Assembly (NCBI GenBank): GCA_951406725.2
Contig: OX597827.1
Span: forward strand, 8,184,001 to 8,248,000
Direction of reading: 5' to 3'
Source: Octopus vulgaris
Lineage: Eukaryota
Length of the DNA stretch: 64,000 nt
The translations under genes were made by a program, and so were the position numbers. Below the pieces are notes generated by a model. The model was not told the DNA's origin. It saw only the letters and a program-made list of their open reading frames with translations, and ran no database searches. Position 1 is the stretch's first letter. The number at the start of each line of letters is the position of its first letter. Shown here one piece after another: positions 1 to 10,996 of the stretch.

Positions 1-236
1 CATCATCATCATCATCATCATCGTTTAACATCAGCTTTCCATGCTAGCATGGGTTGGACGATTTTGACTGAGGGCTGGCGAACCAGATGGCTGCACCAGG
101 CTCCAATCTTGATCTGGCAGAGTTTCTACATCTGGATGCCCTTCCTAACGCCAACCACTCCGAGAGTGTAGTGGGTGCTTTTTACGTGCCACCGGCACAG
201 AAGCCAGTTGGCTGCTCTGGCAACGATCATGCTCGG
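1..236 (-). mobile_element. SINE family A (RTE-like (GAT)n tail), 3' part
   Basis: (CAT)n-CGTTTAAC..TTTCCATGCTAGCATGGGTTGGACG..GGATGCCCTTCCTAACGCCAACC, homologous to the copies at 10228, 49687, 55865 and 58269. Confidence 0.85.
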
Positions 237-343
237 ATGTATGTATGTATGCATGTATGTATGTATGTATGTATGTATGTATGTATGTATGTATGCATGT
301 ATGTATGTATGTATGTATGTATGTATGTATGTATGTATGTATG
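237..343. repeat. (ATGT)n microsatellite
   Basis: Direct reading. Confidence 0.95.
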
Positions 344-559
344 TAGTGTGTGTGTATATGCATGCATACAAAGGTCTTCTTTCAGTTTCTATCAACAAAA
401 TCCACTCACAAGTTATTAGACAGCCGAAGGCTATGGTAGAAGACACTTGCCCAAGGTGTGACACATTGAGACAGAATCTAGAGCCATGTGGTTAGGAAGC
501 AAACTTCTCTTTATAAACTTTCATCTCTTCCAAGATGGCAATGTGCATTGTTACTCTCT

Positions 560-1025
560 TTAGTGATATATCCCGATATGTCTGGAAGATTCTGGAAGGA
601 ATTGTGCCAAATTTTGGCATTGTAAGCTACACCAATGCTAGAACGGGACGACACTGCATAGTGCCAAAGATCCCAGCAATGCCATCACGCTTCAGGACCA
701 GCTTCTGCAACAGCCTGGGTTTCAAGAGCCCACAGCTTTTTAATATTCTCCCAGAGAGTCTGAGGAACTTGCACAAGGTAGATGTAGCAGTTTTTAAATC
801 AAAGCTGGATATCTTCCTGTCAAGAGTCCCAGATGAACCTACCTCACGGCAAGAGGTGCAAATGAGAGTAGCTATATCAAACTCCATTCTTCACCAAGTG
901 CCACATATTAGATGAGGTTCGTCGCAATAACAGAGTAGCACAAAACGGCGATGCATCAGCATGGCCGCAGCTCTGAGCTGAAACTAGAAAAAGAAAAGAA
1001 AAAAGAAGAAAGAAAGAAAAAAAAT
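560..1025 (+). mobile_element. 3' fragment of CR1-group LINE (ORF2 C-terminus + 3'UTR + A-rich tail)
   Basis: ORF 535-915 reads RYVWKILEGIVPN..GRHC..NSLGFKSPQLFNILP..FKSKLDIFLSRVPDEP, a typical post-RT C-terminus. It is followed by hairpin CAGCTCtGAGCTG-AAAC and a (AAAAG)n tail. Confidence 0.8.
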
Positions 1026-1162
1026 AGGCACTGACACAAGTGGGGTCCATGTTGTGAGCATCTTATGTGTCTGGCATATTTTTTAGGTTCTTATTGACTG
1101 TCCAGAAGGAACATGCATAATTTGCAAGGACCAAAAGCATGTTGAGATCAAAATCTCCACTA

Positions 1163-1371
1163 GTTTCAGTCATTTAACTGAGGCCATGCTGGAGTACCAC
1201 CTTGAAAGTTTTAGCCTAACAAATTGACCCCAGGACTTATTTCTTAAGCCTATTACTTACTTATTCTATCGGTCCCTTTTTCCTGAACTGCTAAATTATG
1301 GGGATGTAAACACTCCAACACTGGTTATCAAGTTGTGATGGAAGGACAAACACACACACACACACACTTAT

Positions 1372-1406
<35 letters not shown>

Positions 1407-1680
1407 TATACATACATACATATAAAATTAAATAATAAGGGTACATTTGATATTAATCAATTAAAACCAGTGGCTTAGCATATTTAAAAAATCCGAAGAT
1501 TAAAATTTATATATACATACAACAGGTTTCTTTCAGTTTTTGTCTACCAAATCCACTCACAAGTCTTTTCTTGGCTTAAGGCCACAGAAGAAGACACTTG
1601 CCCAAGGTGCCATGTAGTGGGACTAACCTGGAACCATATCGTTGGGAAGCAAGCTTCTTACCATACAGCCATGCCTGTGC
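1163..1680 (-). mobile_element. SINE family B, diverged, with an insert in its internal microsatellite
   Basis: Colinear with family B; extra non-family segment ~1425-1512 inside the (CA/TA)n tract. Another partial copy at ~373-508. Confidence 0.75.
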
Positions 1681-2647
1681 TTATATAAATATACAAGCAG
1701 TGCTTCCTGGCATTGCTCAGGTGTTATGACCTACAGCCACATTGTATTATTTCTTTCTTTCCTATGGGCAGAATCAGTCACAGTTGATATATAGTGAACT
1801 GGACTACTGGTGTAATGGAAGTTATTGTTTGTTTAAATGGGAAGGTGGAGAGGGTACAATTTGCATGGGTTTGCATGAAAGTGCTTTCTGCACTTAAGAA
1901 GGATCACAAACTATGTATTGTTTCATCGTATAAAAGGGGATTAATATGAATTTCTCCAGAAAGCACGTTTTCAAAATTTTAATTTCTTCCCTGCCCCATT
2001 GCAATTTCTTAATTTGTAACATTTTTTTTTCTTAAATGTTTTTTTTTTTTCATGCATGTAGAAAAATACAGAGATTATGAATCTGGGAAATATATGTTTT
2101 TTAAAGTTTAATTTTTCTTAAAGAAACACTCAATGCCCCTTCCCCCCACCTCACTTACCCATCACCTACCTGCTTTCAAAAAGCTAAAACCTCCCAATGT
2201 TTCACTTTTGTCTGATGTTTCACACATGCATAGAATTATACTGAAATAGCAGACATAAAAATACCAGACCACTACCAGAAAACCCAACATGCTAGAAGCA
2301 ACAGGTAAATGCCTTTTTTTCTGAAGAAACTTCCCCCACTTTCCATAAAATTAGCCTTTTGAAAATGGTGAGGTGATGGTAGCTGTTTGGGAAGGAGATT
2401 TTAATGTTTCTCTAAGCAAAAAGAAAGAAGAAAATTCTTAAAGATTTGTACTCTCTGTCTTTTTCTCCATGGATTACCAAGAAAAGAATTTGGAAAAGAG
2501 TAAAACAAAAAAAAAATGAAAGAATTGTGGTGGGGATGGAGAAAATTAAAATATTGTGAATCTGGTCTTTGGATGTGTTGTGTAGACACCCCCAGACGAT
2601 GAAGTACATTAGCCCAATACGTAGATATAGAGGGGAAGGTCTAGACG

Positions 2648-2722
2648 TCAAGGAGCAGAGTTGAGTGGAGTCAAGTAGAGGTCATCCGAACATGCGACAT
2701 AACAGGATGAAATCCTAAACTC
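2648..2722 (-). CDS. Candidate terminal coding exon of the protocadherin (EFRISSCYVACSDDLYLTPLNSAP*)
   Basis: Acceptor tttcttctatttcccatgtttttatacAG|GAG at 2723/2722. Phase 0 matches the donor at 51868. 24 codons then TGA. Non-repetitive, CpG-retaining sequence. The link to the gene is inference. Confidence 0.4.
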   Translation of the reverse strand, partial: EFRISSCYVACSDDLYLTPLNSAP

Positions 2723-3287
2723 CTGTATAAAAACATGGGAAATAGAAGAAATTTAGGAAAAAAATGGCTGGGGTGGAGCAGGTACAAATTGTACCTCTGA
2801 CATGCTAGAAACAACAGGTAAAGAACAGGATCTCTGGAAAAACTTCCTTTTAAGTTTATATCAAAGATCAGGTTTTTAAATATGCTCATTACAAATATGA
2901 ATTGCAGAACAGAAAAAGGTAATTTCAATTGGATTTGAGCTGTAATTTTGCATGTGCACACAGCAAGAAATAACATAATTTGTACAGAAGTTTTGCCTAG
3001 AGTATGTGTGTGTATATGCATGTGTATGTGAGTGTGTGTGACAAAGGATGTTATTTTATGGCATTCTTTTATTTGAAGCAGCAAAGTTGTCAACTTGATC
3101 ATATGGTCGATAATAGGGGATCATAGGATCGTTCATTAATTTCTGTAAAAATATTTATTTCTTTACGCTTTGAAGACAGCAGAAATTGAAAGAGAGGAGA
3201 AAGTGAAAAGGCAGTATTTGCTTTGAAGAGAGAGGAGAAAGTAAAAGATGTATGTACGTGTATATGAAATGGACATGGGTGTGTGCA

Positions 3288-3331
<44 letters not shown>

Positions 3332-4363
3332 TGTGAGTGAGTGAGTAAAGGTGTGTTATCATGTATGTATTTTTTTGCATGTATGTATAAGTGGCACTCA
3401 CTCGCTCACTCTCTCACACACACATTACCTTTCACATACATGTACATAAATACATATGCATACATCTTTTTTGTATGTATGTGTGTGTGTGCATGTGCAT
3501 GTGAGAGAGTGTGAGTGATACACAAACAATCTTTTATACACATATAAATGCTAAACATCTTTCTGTATTATAGTACAAATGTGACTAATTCAGAGAAACA
3601 TTACTTCCCTTATTCACACATTGTCACTCTCGTAATGCAGCACTTTGTAATTTTGGTTCAAATTGAAAGTGTGAAACTATTTTCACTTTCTAATGAAACC
3701 TGGTCGTTGTATATATATGTGAATAATAGGAGCACAAGTATAGCAATCAGATTTTCATTTTCAAGTATCTTGCTTTCTTTTATATTTCTTATTCATCGGT
3801 TTATTTCTTAATCTAATGATAGGGAAGCAACAATTGTTGCTTGGGTGTAGGTAATGGCCAAGTGGTTAAGAAGTTGGCTTGCCAAGCACATGGATCCAGG
3901 TTTGATCCCATTACATGGCATTTTGCAACAATCCTCTATCATACCTCAAGGTTGATCAAAGCTTTATGAATGGAATTTTCTAATCAGAAACTGAACAGAA
4001 GCCTATTGTATGCTTCTATGTTTTTATGTATAAATACATATATGCTTGCATATACATATATACATATATTATATGTATATATAATACATATATACATATA
4101 TTATATGTACATACATACATATACACATACATACATTACATACTTGCATACATACATATATAGATTTCTACATAAAATTATTATGTTATCTTAACAAGAC
4201 CTTCATTGTCTCTCTTTCATGCACACATATATACTCTCTCTCTCCCCCTTTCACCCTGCTTTCTTTCTGATTCTCTTAAACCTCATATCAAAGTTTTATA
4301 TGCAAAATATCTGAACCATTAAATATTATTAAACTAACAATTCAACATACTGTTCATATGTTC

Positions 4364-4364
<1 letters not shown>

Positions 4365-4425
<61 letters not shown>

Positions 4426-4456
4426 TACAACTATTATTAATATTATTATTATCATT

Positions 4457-4487
<31 letters not shown>

Positions 4488-4524
4488 TTACTATTACTAT
4501 TACTATTACTATTACTATTATTAA

Positions 4525-4560
<36 letters not shown>
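4365..4560. repeat. (ATT)n microsatellite
   Basis: Direct reading. Confidence 0.95.
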
Positions 4561-5107
4561 TAGACCACCTTTTTTCTACCTGCCTGGCATGAGTATCCCT
4601 TTGTCATTCTTCCTGTCGGAAATACAGTGAGTGAGTGAGTGGGTGACAGACCCACTGGAAACTCTGTAACCAATGACGCTGTTCTTCACCAATAGCAATA
4701 AATAAATAAACAAATAAATAAATAAATAAATAAATAAATAAATACTAAAACAGGAAAAAGCAAAGACTGGCCTCTCGAATGAAAGGTTTGTGTGTTTGTA
4801 TACAGTTTCATTAGAACTATGTTGTACCTTTGCCAATGTAGTGAACAGCATCCTGTCACCTATTTACTAAGTTGTAAGAGAGCAGACTTCAAAATAATAA
4901 TAACAATGATAATAATATTAACAGTTATGACCAAGGTAATATGGCAGTCCATAAATATAGGACTAAAGCAGCCGTTGATTAGCTCCTCTAGCTAGCTGTA
5001 TGACACACGAACCTGTGTCCATTATAACCTTCGAACAGGGGAAGTCAGTCACTTCCCCTTGCTGGTCAGGCATCTACAGACATGCTTCAGGGTATTTGTC
5101 CATTAAA

Positions 5108-5340
5108 GGCGGGTGAGCTGGCAGAAACATTAGCACGCCGGGCGAAATACTTAGCGGTATTTCGTCTGCGTTACGTTGTGAGTTCAAATTCTGCCGAGGT
5201 CGACTTTGCCTTTCATCCTTTCAGGATCGATAAATTAAGTACCAGTTATGCACTGGGGTCGATGTAATCGACTTAATACCTATGTCTGTCCTTGTTTGTC
5301 CCCTCTGTGTTTAGCCCCTTGTGGGTAATAAAGAAATAGG
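5108..5340 (+). mobile_element. SINE family C (GAGGTCGACTTTGCCTTTCATCC core)
   Basis: GGCGGxGAGCTGGCAGAA head, GAGTTCAAATT B-box-like motif, AAGAAATAG tail. The core resembles, from recall, the Meta-type SINE central domain. Confidence 0.85.
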
Positions 5341-5624
5341 TATTTGCCCTTTATCAATGCAGAGGAGCCAAACCCAGCAGGTGTCACTGCTGACCGTCTG
5401 TTTGAAGGATTATTTACCTAATTTCAGTGGAATACATTCACTGGTTTTCAAAAATAGAAATATTATTATTTTTAAATCTCTCTAAAGGAGACTATGGCAG
5501 CAGTGCTGGATATTAACAGTTATCGCCAAGCTAATATGGCAGTCTATAAATATAGGACTAAAGCTGCCGTTGATTAGCTCCAAGAGGCACGCTAATGATT
5601 CTGCCAGCTCACTGCCTTAAAAAT

Positions 5625-5707
<83 letters not shown>

Positions 5708-6230
5708 ATAATAAATGAAATGAAACTATTTGGAAGCAAATCTCTTAACTAACCAGCAACTAGCTAATAGGTTAGGAATAGTCTTTTTAAAGTGACAGTA
5801 GAATAAAATCCATGTAAGAATGTAGGCAGGATCAAACTTCTATAAAGGAATTAAACAATCTTTAACACATTAATTAAACCTCTTTTAAACTATTGTTAAT
5901 CAAAATCCTTTCCACGTGAATTCATCATCAAAAAAATTCACCACCATCGTCATTTTTGTCCTCCTCCTCATCATCATTATCGTTGTTGTCACTGTCATAA
6001 CTATTATCATCTTTATGTCTAATTATCCACGCTTGCATGGGTTAGAGGTGGAATTTATTGAAGCAAATTTTCTATATCTTGATGCCTTTCCTTTGTGAGT
6101 GTGAATATATATATATACATGTATGTACACACAGATAGCTGACTGTGGATGTGTGTGTATGTTTGTGTGCTTGTACATGTATGTTCTGATAGCTGATTTT
6201 ATATAATATATATATGTATATTTATATATA

Positions 6231-6261
<31 letters not shown>

Positions 6262-6359
6262 ATGCACACACACATGCACATATGTAACTTATGCACATCT
6301 GTGTATGTGTGCATGCATGTGTATATGTGTGAATCAACTACATTTTCCTTAGAGAAAGA

Positions 6360-6640
6360 TTACAGGGACCACTCAGAGTACACTTTTTTTCCAGAAATGT
6401 AGAAAGGTTCAGTTAGGGGCTGAGAAACTCTTCTTGGAGGTTCTTCTGATATACTTCTGGAACTGTCCAAAAACAGTCCATTGTGCAATAAAAACCAAAT
6501 GATAACAATAATAGCTGAATTAGGAACAGAATTTTTTTTTATAACTAAAGGTAGTCTTTTGTGATTTGGTCTGACGGTGACTGAGCTGATAGAATTTTGA
6601 TGGATGTGGTGTGAGAGGTATCCTGTATCATTTTGGAAAT
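6360..6640 (-). mobile_element. Penelope-like element remnant (RT-EN linker)
   Basis: Open frame GYLSHHI..KRLPLVIKK..II..WFLL..SISEEPPRRVSQP resembles the Penelope GYP...R.PLV..Y....II...W.LL....IF..PP...FR pattern. Confidence 0.5.
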
Positions 6641-6754
6641 AAAATGATGTAAAATATTTTAATTATAAGTTGAGATGAAAACTAAGTTAGATAATGTTAG
6701 ATAACATGGTTAGATAATATGAATGCCTGTAACAAATAGTGGATGGTTGTTATA

Positions 6755-7143
6755 GGCGCAGGAGTGACTGTGTGGTAAGTAGCTTGTTTACCAACCACAT
6801 GGTTCTGGGTTCAATCCCACTGCGTGGCATCTTGGGCAAGTGTCTTCTACTATAGCCTCGGGCCCACCAAAGCCTTGTGAGTGGATTTGGTAGACAGAAA
6901 CTGAAAGAAGCCCGTCGTATATATATATATGTGTGTGTGTGTATATGTTTGTGTGTCTGTGTTTGGCCCCCTAGTATTGCTGGTGTGTTTACATCGCTGT
7001 CACTTAGTGGTTCGGCAAAAGAGACAGATAGAATAAGTACTGGGCTTACAAAGAATAAGTCCCGGGGTCGATTTACTCGACTAAAGGCGGTGCTCCAGCA
7101 TGGCCACAGTCAAATGACTGAAACAAGTAAAAGAGAAAAAGAG
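6755..7143 (+). mobile_element. SINE family B (tRNA head, CORE-like CTTGGGCAAGT, internal (TA)/(TG)n, LINE-like tail)
   Basis: A-box-like TG(G/A)CTGTGTGG, B-box-like GGTTCAATCCC, tail CCAGCATGGCCACAGTCAAATGACTGAAAC(AAGAGTA)n; more than 10 copies in the window. Confidence 0.9.
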
Positions 7144-8559
7144 TGGTTTATACAATACAGTAAATAGTGTTGTTATTTATTACCATGTACCTTAAGATCA
7201 AGTCAACAAAAGTCTAAAATTGAAGGCGCCCTGTGTATGACCATCCTAACTTTAACTTCATGCATAGTTAATCTAAGGACTACATTATCCAATACATCCT
7301 TAATTTTATTTTTGATGCTAGCATGGTGTAATTTTAGGGTGTGAGATTTTACTTCTATTTCTAATATGCCAAAACAATCTCATAAAATCTCCATCATTAG
7401 CTTGAACTGAAGCAGTTAGAAGGTGGAGGTCGAGGAATGAAAATGAACAAGTTTAGTGTTAGCTGAAGAGAGGCTAGTTTGAAGAACTGAACTATCTAGC
7501 TTATTGCAGCATAGAAAAACATCAATGTAGATGATGATGATGTGGTATGACATGACAACAGTGATTATGATACTGTAATTTAGTCATGTGGAACAAGAAA
7601 CTCCAGTTTATTCTGAGAGGGATGAAAAAAACTAGAGAACGTAACCTGTCAAATTATTTTGTTTTGACTTAACACTGTTTGTCAGTTATGTTAAATGAAA
7701 AGTATGACTCTTCTTATATATAGCATTATTTTTTTAAAAGATAATGTTGTGGTATTATAACAACAATGAAAAAAGTTTTCATGCTATAATTCTTACTTCA
7801 GGATAGTAAATACAGAATCTTTGTGGTATGGTTCACTAACAGTTGTTTATGATATTACAGAGTAGCTTTATGGGAAATGTCAGCTTTATAGAAAATTACT
7901 GACATCAGCTATAAAGAAATTATATCTATGTCTAAAGGAAAAATTATAATTTATTTTATCATCATGTCCAAAATAATATCAGTATAGAAGTAAATTATTA
8001 GTGTGTCAAGTTTCTAGCTATGGAGACCAACAGACAGAATTTATATAAAAAAAAAAAATATATAAAATAGTTAAGATAAATAGCTTAAAATTTCTTTATT
8101 ACTAACAATCACGAAATTTGTTTTTCTCACAAAGTTAAATCTATGTTTGCAACAAAATGTCTTTTTATTTATTATTGATGTCGAAAGCATTCAATAAATA
8201 TTACTGGTAATGTTATGGACAAGCCTATTGCTGTTTGGTCTAAAAGATTGCAAAAAAAAGAAAAAAAGAAAAAAAAATTATGCAGCCTTTGATGTTGCTA
8301 CACATGTTTGAAACAAACGCTTTATGTTACAGGTTTGAAGAAAATAAAATATTTGTTTTAGAATTATTCAACAAGTATTTGTATATATAATTATCCAGAT
8401 CATACATCTATAAAAATATTAAATACCTCCATATGAAATATGTAACTGTAATTTTTATACAATACTTTCATTTGTATTATGGCCAGCGGTATAATAAATT
8501 TTTGATGACTGTTTATCTCTTTATTAGTTTTTACATATTTGTTATTGAAACTATAATAA

Positions 8560-8770
8560 TTACTACTACTACTACTACTACTATCATTATTGTTATTATT
8601 ACTATCATTATTATTATTACTATTATTATTATTACTATTATTATTACTATTATTATTACTATTATTATTATTATTATTATTATTACTGTTATTATTATTA
8701 TTATTATTACTATTATTATTATTATTATTATTACTATTATTATTACTATTATTGTTACTATTATTATTAC

Positions 8771-8807
<37 letters not shown>

Positions 8808-8869
8808 TTTACTATCATTATTACTATTATTATTATTATTATTACTATGATTATTATTATTATTTTTAC

Positions 8870-8914
<45 letters not shown>

Positions 8915-8979
8915 TATTATTATTATTACTATTATTATTATTATTATTATTACTATTTTTATTATTACTATTATTATTA

Positions 8980-9055
<76 letters not shown>
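8560..9055. repeat. (ATT/ACT)n + (ATTT)n microsatellite
   Basis: Direct reading. Confidence 0.95.
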
Positions 9056-9057
<2 letters not shown>

Positions 9058-9682
9058 TAGGTTTTGAAATATAGTTAGTGAACCTTTCTTCTAAAGAAAA
9101 TCCTAAAAAATCTATTATGAAGCCAAACCAACTCAATGTGAAAGTGCAAAGCTGTTTCAGTGCTTTCATGAAACCATTCTTTCTCTGCTGGCATCCAAGG
9201 GAGTGAATAGATTTATTGTCATTCAGCCTATCATTATAACTACACAGGAACCAATGAACCTCATGCAAACATGTTGCACTAAATCTTTTTCACAGCATAT
9301 TCTTTTTTTAATGGCAGATATTATCATGTTCTAAACTAAAGATATTTCCCCTCTGTTCCTTTCAAGTATCAAAACACACACACATGCATGCATGCACATG
9401 CACACACACACACGCAAACACACAGACAAAGAGGAATAATCAGTATTTTCTCCTATAAATTCAGCTTTGTAAGTAATTTTGGACCAAGCTTCACCAAAGT
9501 AGTACCTATGATATAATGAAATATTTAAGGTTATGTTCCTGAATATTTTTTTTTTAAACATATAATCCAAAATCAATAGAAATATACAGCACCAATATTT
9601 TCTGCCACAGCTGATGAGGACAGTAGTGATAGGATGGAAGCTAAAGATTTATTTGATTTATTTGTACAACAACTGAACAGAT

Positions 9683-9892
9683 TGTAAAAGTACATTGCCA
9701 AAATATAAAATTGTTATGCGTTGTTTGACAATGCTTTTCTAAAATAAAACAGAAATTTAGCACTTATTTACCTGCATATTATTTTCAGATGTTACAAATT
9801 AAATAATATTTTACATTCAAGAATCTGATAAATAACATACACCAACTGAGGTGCAGTTTGGGTTCATATCCAAGAAAGGAACCATGAATGCA
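9683..9892 (+). repeat. Source of a ~200-bp inverted duplication (partner 14185-14379)
   Basis: Near-identical reverse complement apart from a ~15-bp indel. Confidence 0.92.
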
Positions 9893-10872
9893 ATCTCTCT
9901 TGTGAGGCAGCTGTTGGAGAAATACTGGGCTAAAAATTAACCATTATTCCTGACATTTGTTGATTAGAAGAATGTGTTTGACAGGATACCACATTCAGCA
10001 GTTTGGTGGTAATTAAGAAAAATAGGGGTAGATTAATGGTTTGTGAGGGCTATACAAAGATGCAGTAAGCAAAGTGATTGTCAACAGCGATGTTAATGAC
10101 AAATTGGATGTGAGAGTAGGAGTCCATCACACACCATTCTTCAACTCTCTCATATCCCTCAAAGACCTGCAGGCCATCACAGAGTAGTTTCATACTGGCT
10201 ATCCATGGCAAATTTTATATGCTGATGGCTGGCCTCCGTGCCAGTGGCATGTAAAAAGCACCATCCGTTCGTGGCCGTTGCCAGCCTTGCCTGGCCACCA
10301 TGCCGGTGGCACGTAAAAAGGAAAATCCGATTGTGGCCGTTGCCAGCCTCGCCTGGCCCCTGTGCCGGTGGCACATAAAAAGCACCATCTGTCCATGGCC
10401 GTTTGCCAGCTCCGTCTGGCACCTATGCGGGTGGCACGTAAAAAGCACCCACTACACTCACGGAGTGGTTGGCGTTAGGAAGGGCATCCAGCCGTAGAAA
10501 CACTGCCAGACCAGACTGGGCCTGGTGCAGCCTTCTGGCTTCACAGACCCCAATTGAACCGTCCAACCCATGCTAGCATGGAAAGCGGACGCTAAATGAT
10601 GATGTTGATGATGATGATGATGATGACCTAGTTCTCATAGCTGAATTTACAGGAGAATTAGAGAGGAAATTCCAGATATGGAAGCTGCACCCAGAATTGA
10701 GTAGCCTCGAGATAAATTTGGTTGGGACTAAATTTTTAGATAAGTAAGAAAGAAAGACACTAATATATTCAGGAAAATGGTCTTGTTTGATGTGCATAAA
10801 AAGTGTAAGCATAAACGTGTTGACTTTATTCAGTGTAAGCTTTCGGTGCACAAGATTTGCAGTGGAATCACA
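9845..10872 (+). mobile_element. Degenerate RTE-clade LINE RT + Cys/His finger, split by SINE A
   Basis: Translates EVQFGFISKKGTMNAISLVRQLLEKYWAK..FVD*KNVFDRIP..VWW*LRKIGV..PWQILYA-D-DLVLIAE..GKWSCLMCIKSV..VHKICSGI, with stops and frameshifts. Confidence 0.9.
10228..10620 (+). mobile_element. SINE family A with four ~62-bp internal units
   Basis: Ends CCATGCTAGCATGGAAAGCGGACGCTAAAT(GAT)n. TSD tgatg at 10223-10227 and 10621-10625. Confidence 0.9.
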
Positions 10873-10996
10873 TATATACATATAAAATCAATGAAAAGTT
10901 TATAAAATGCTTCAAGAGATGAGTTTCATACACTCAAAGCTTTATGCATGGTACTTATCAAAATACATGAAACTTTTGACCTTTAAGTTACTTCTG

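Noticed and set aside
2671-3102. 143-aa minus-strand ORF
   Set aside because: Low-complexity and runs through a polypyrimidine tract; the plausible exon here is in a different frame.
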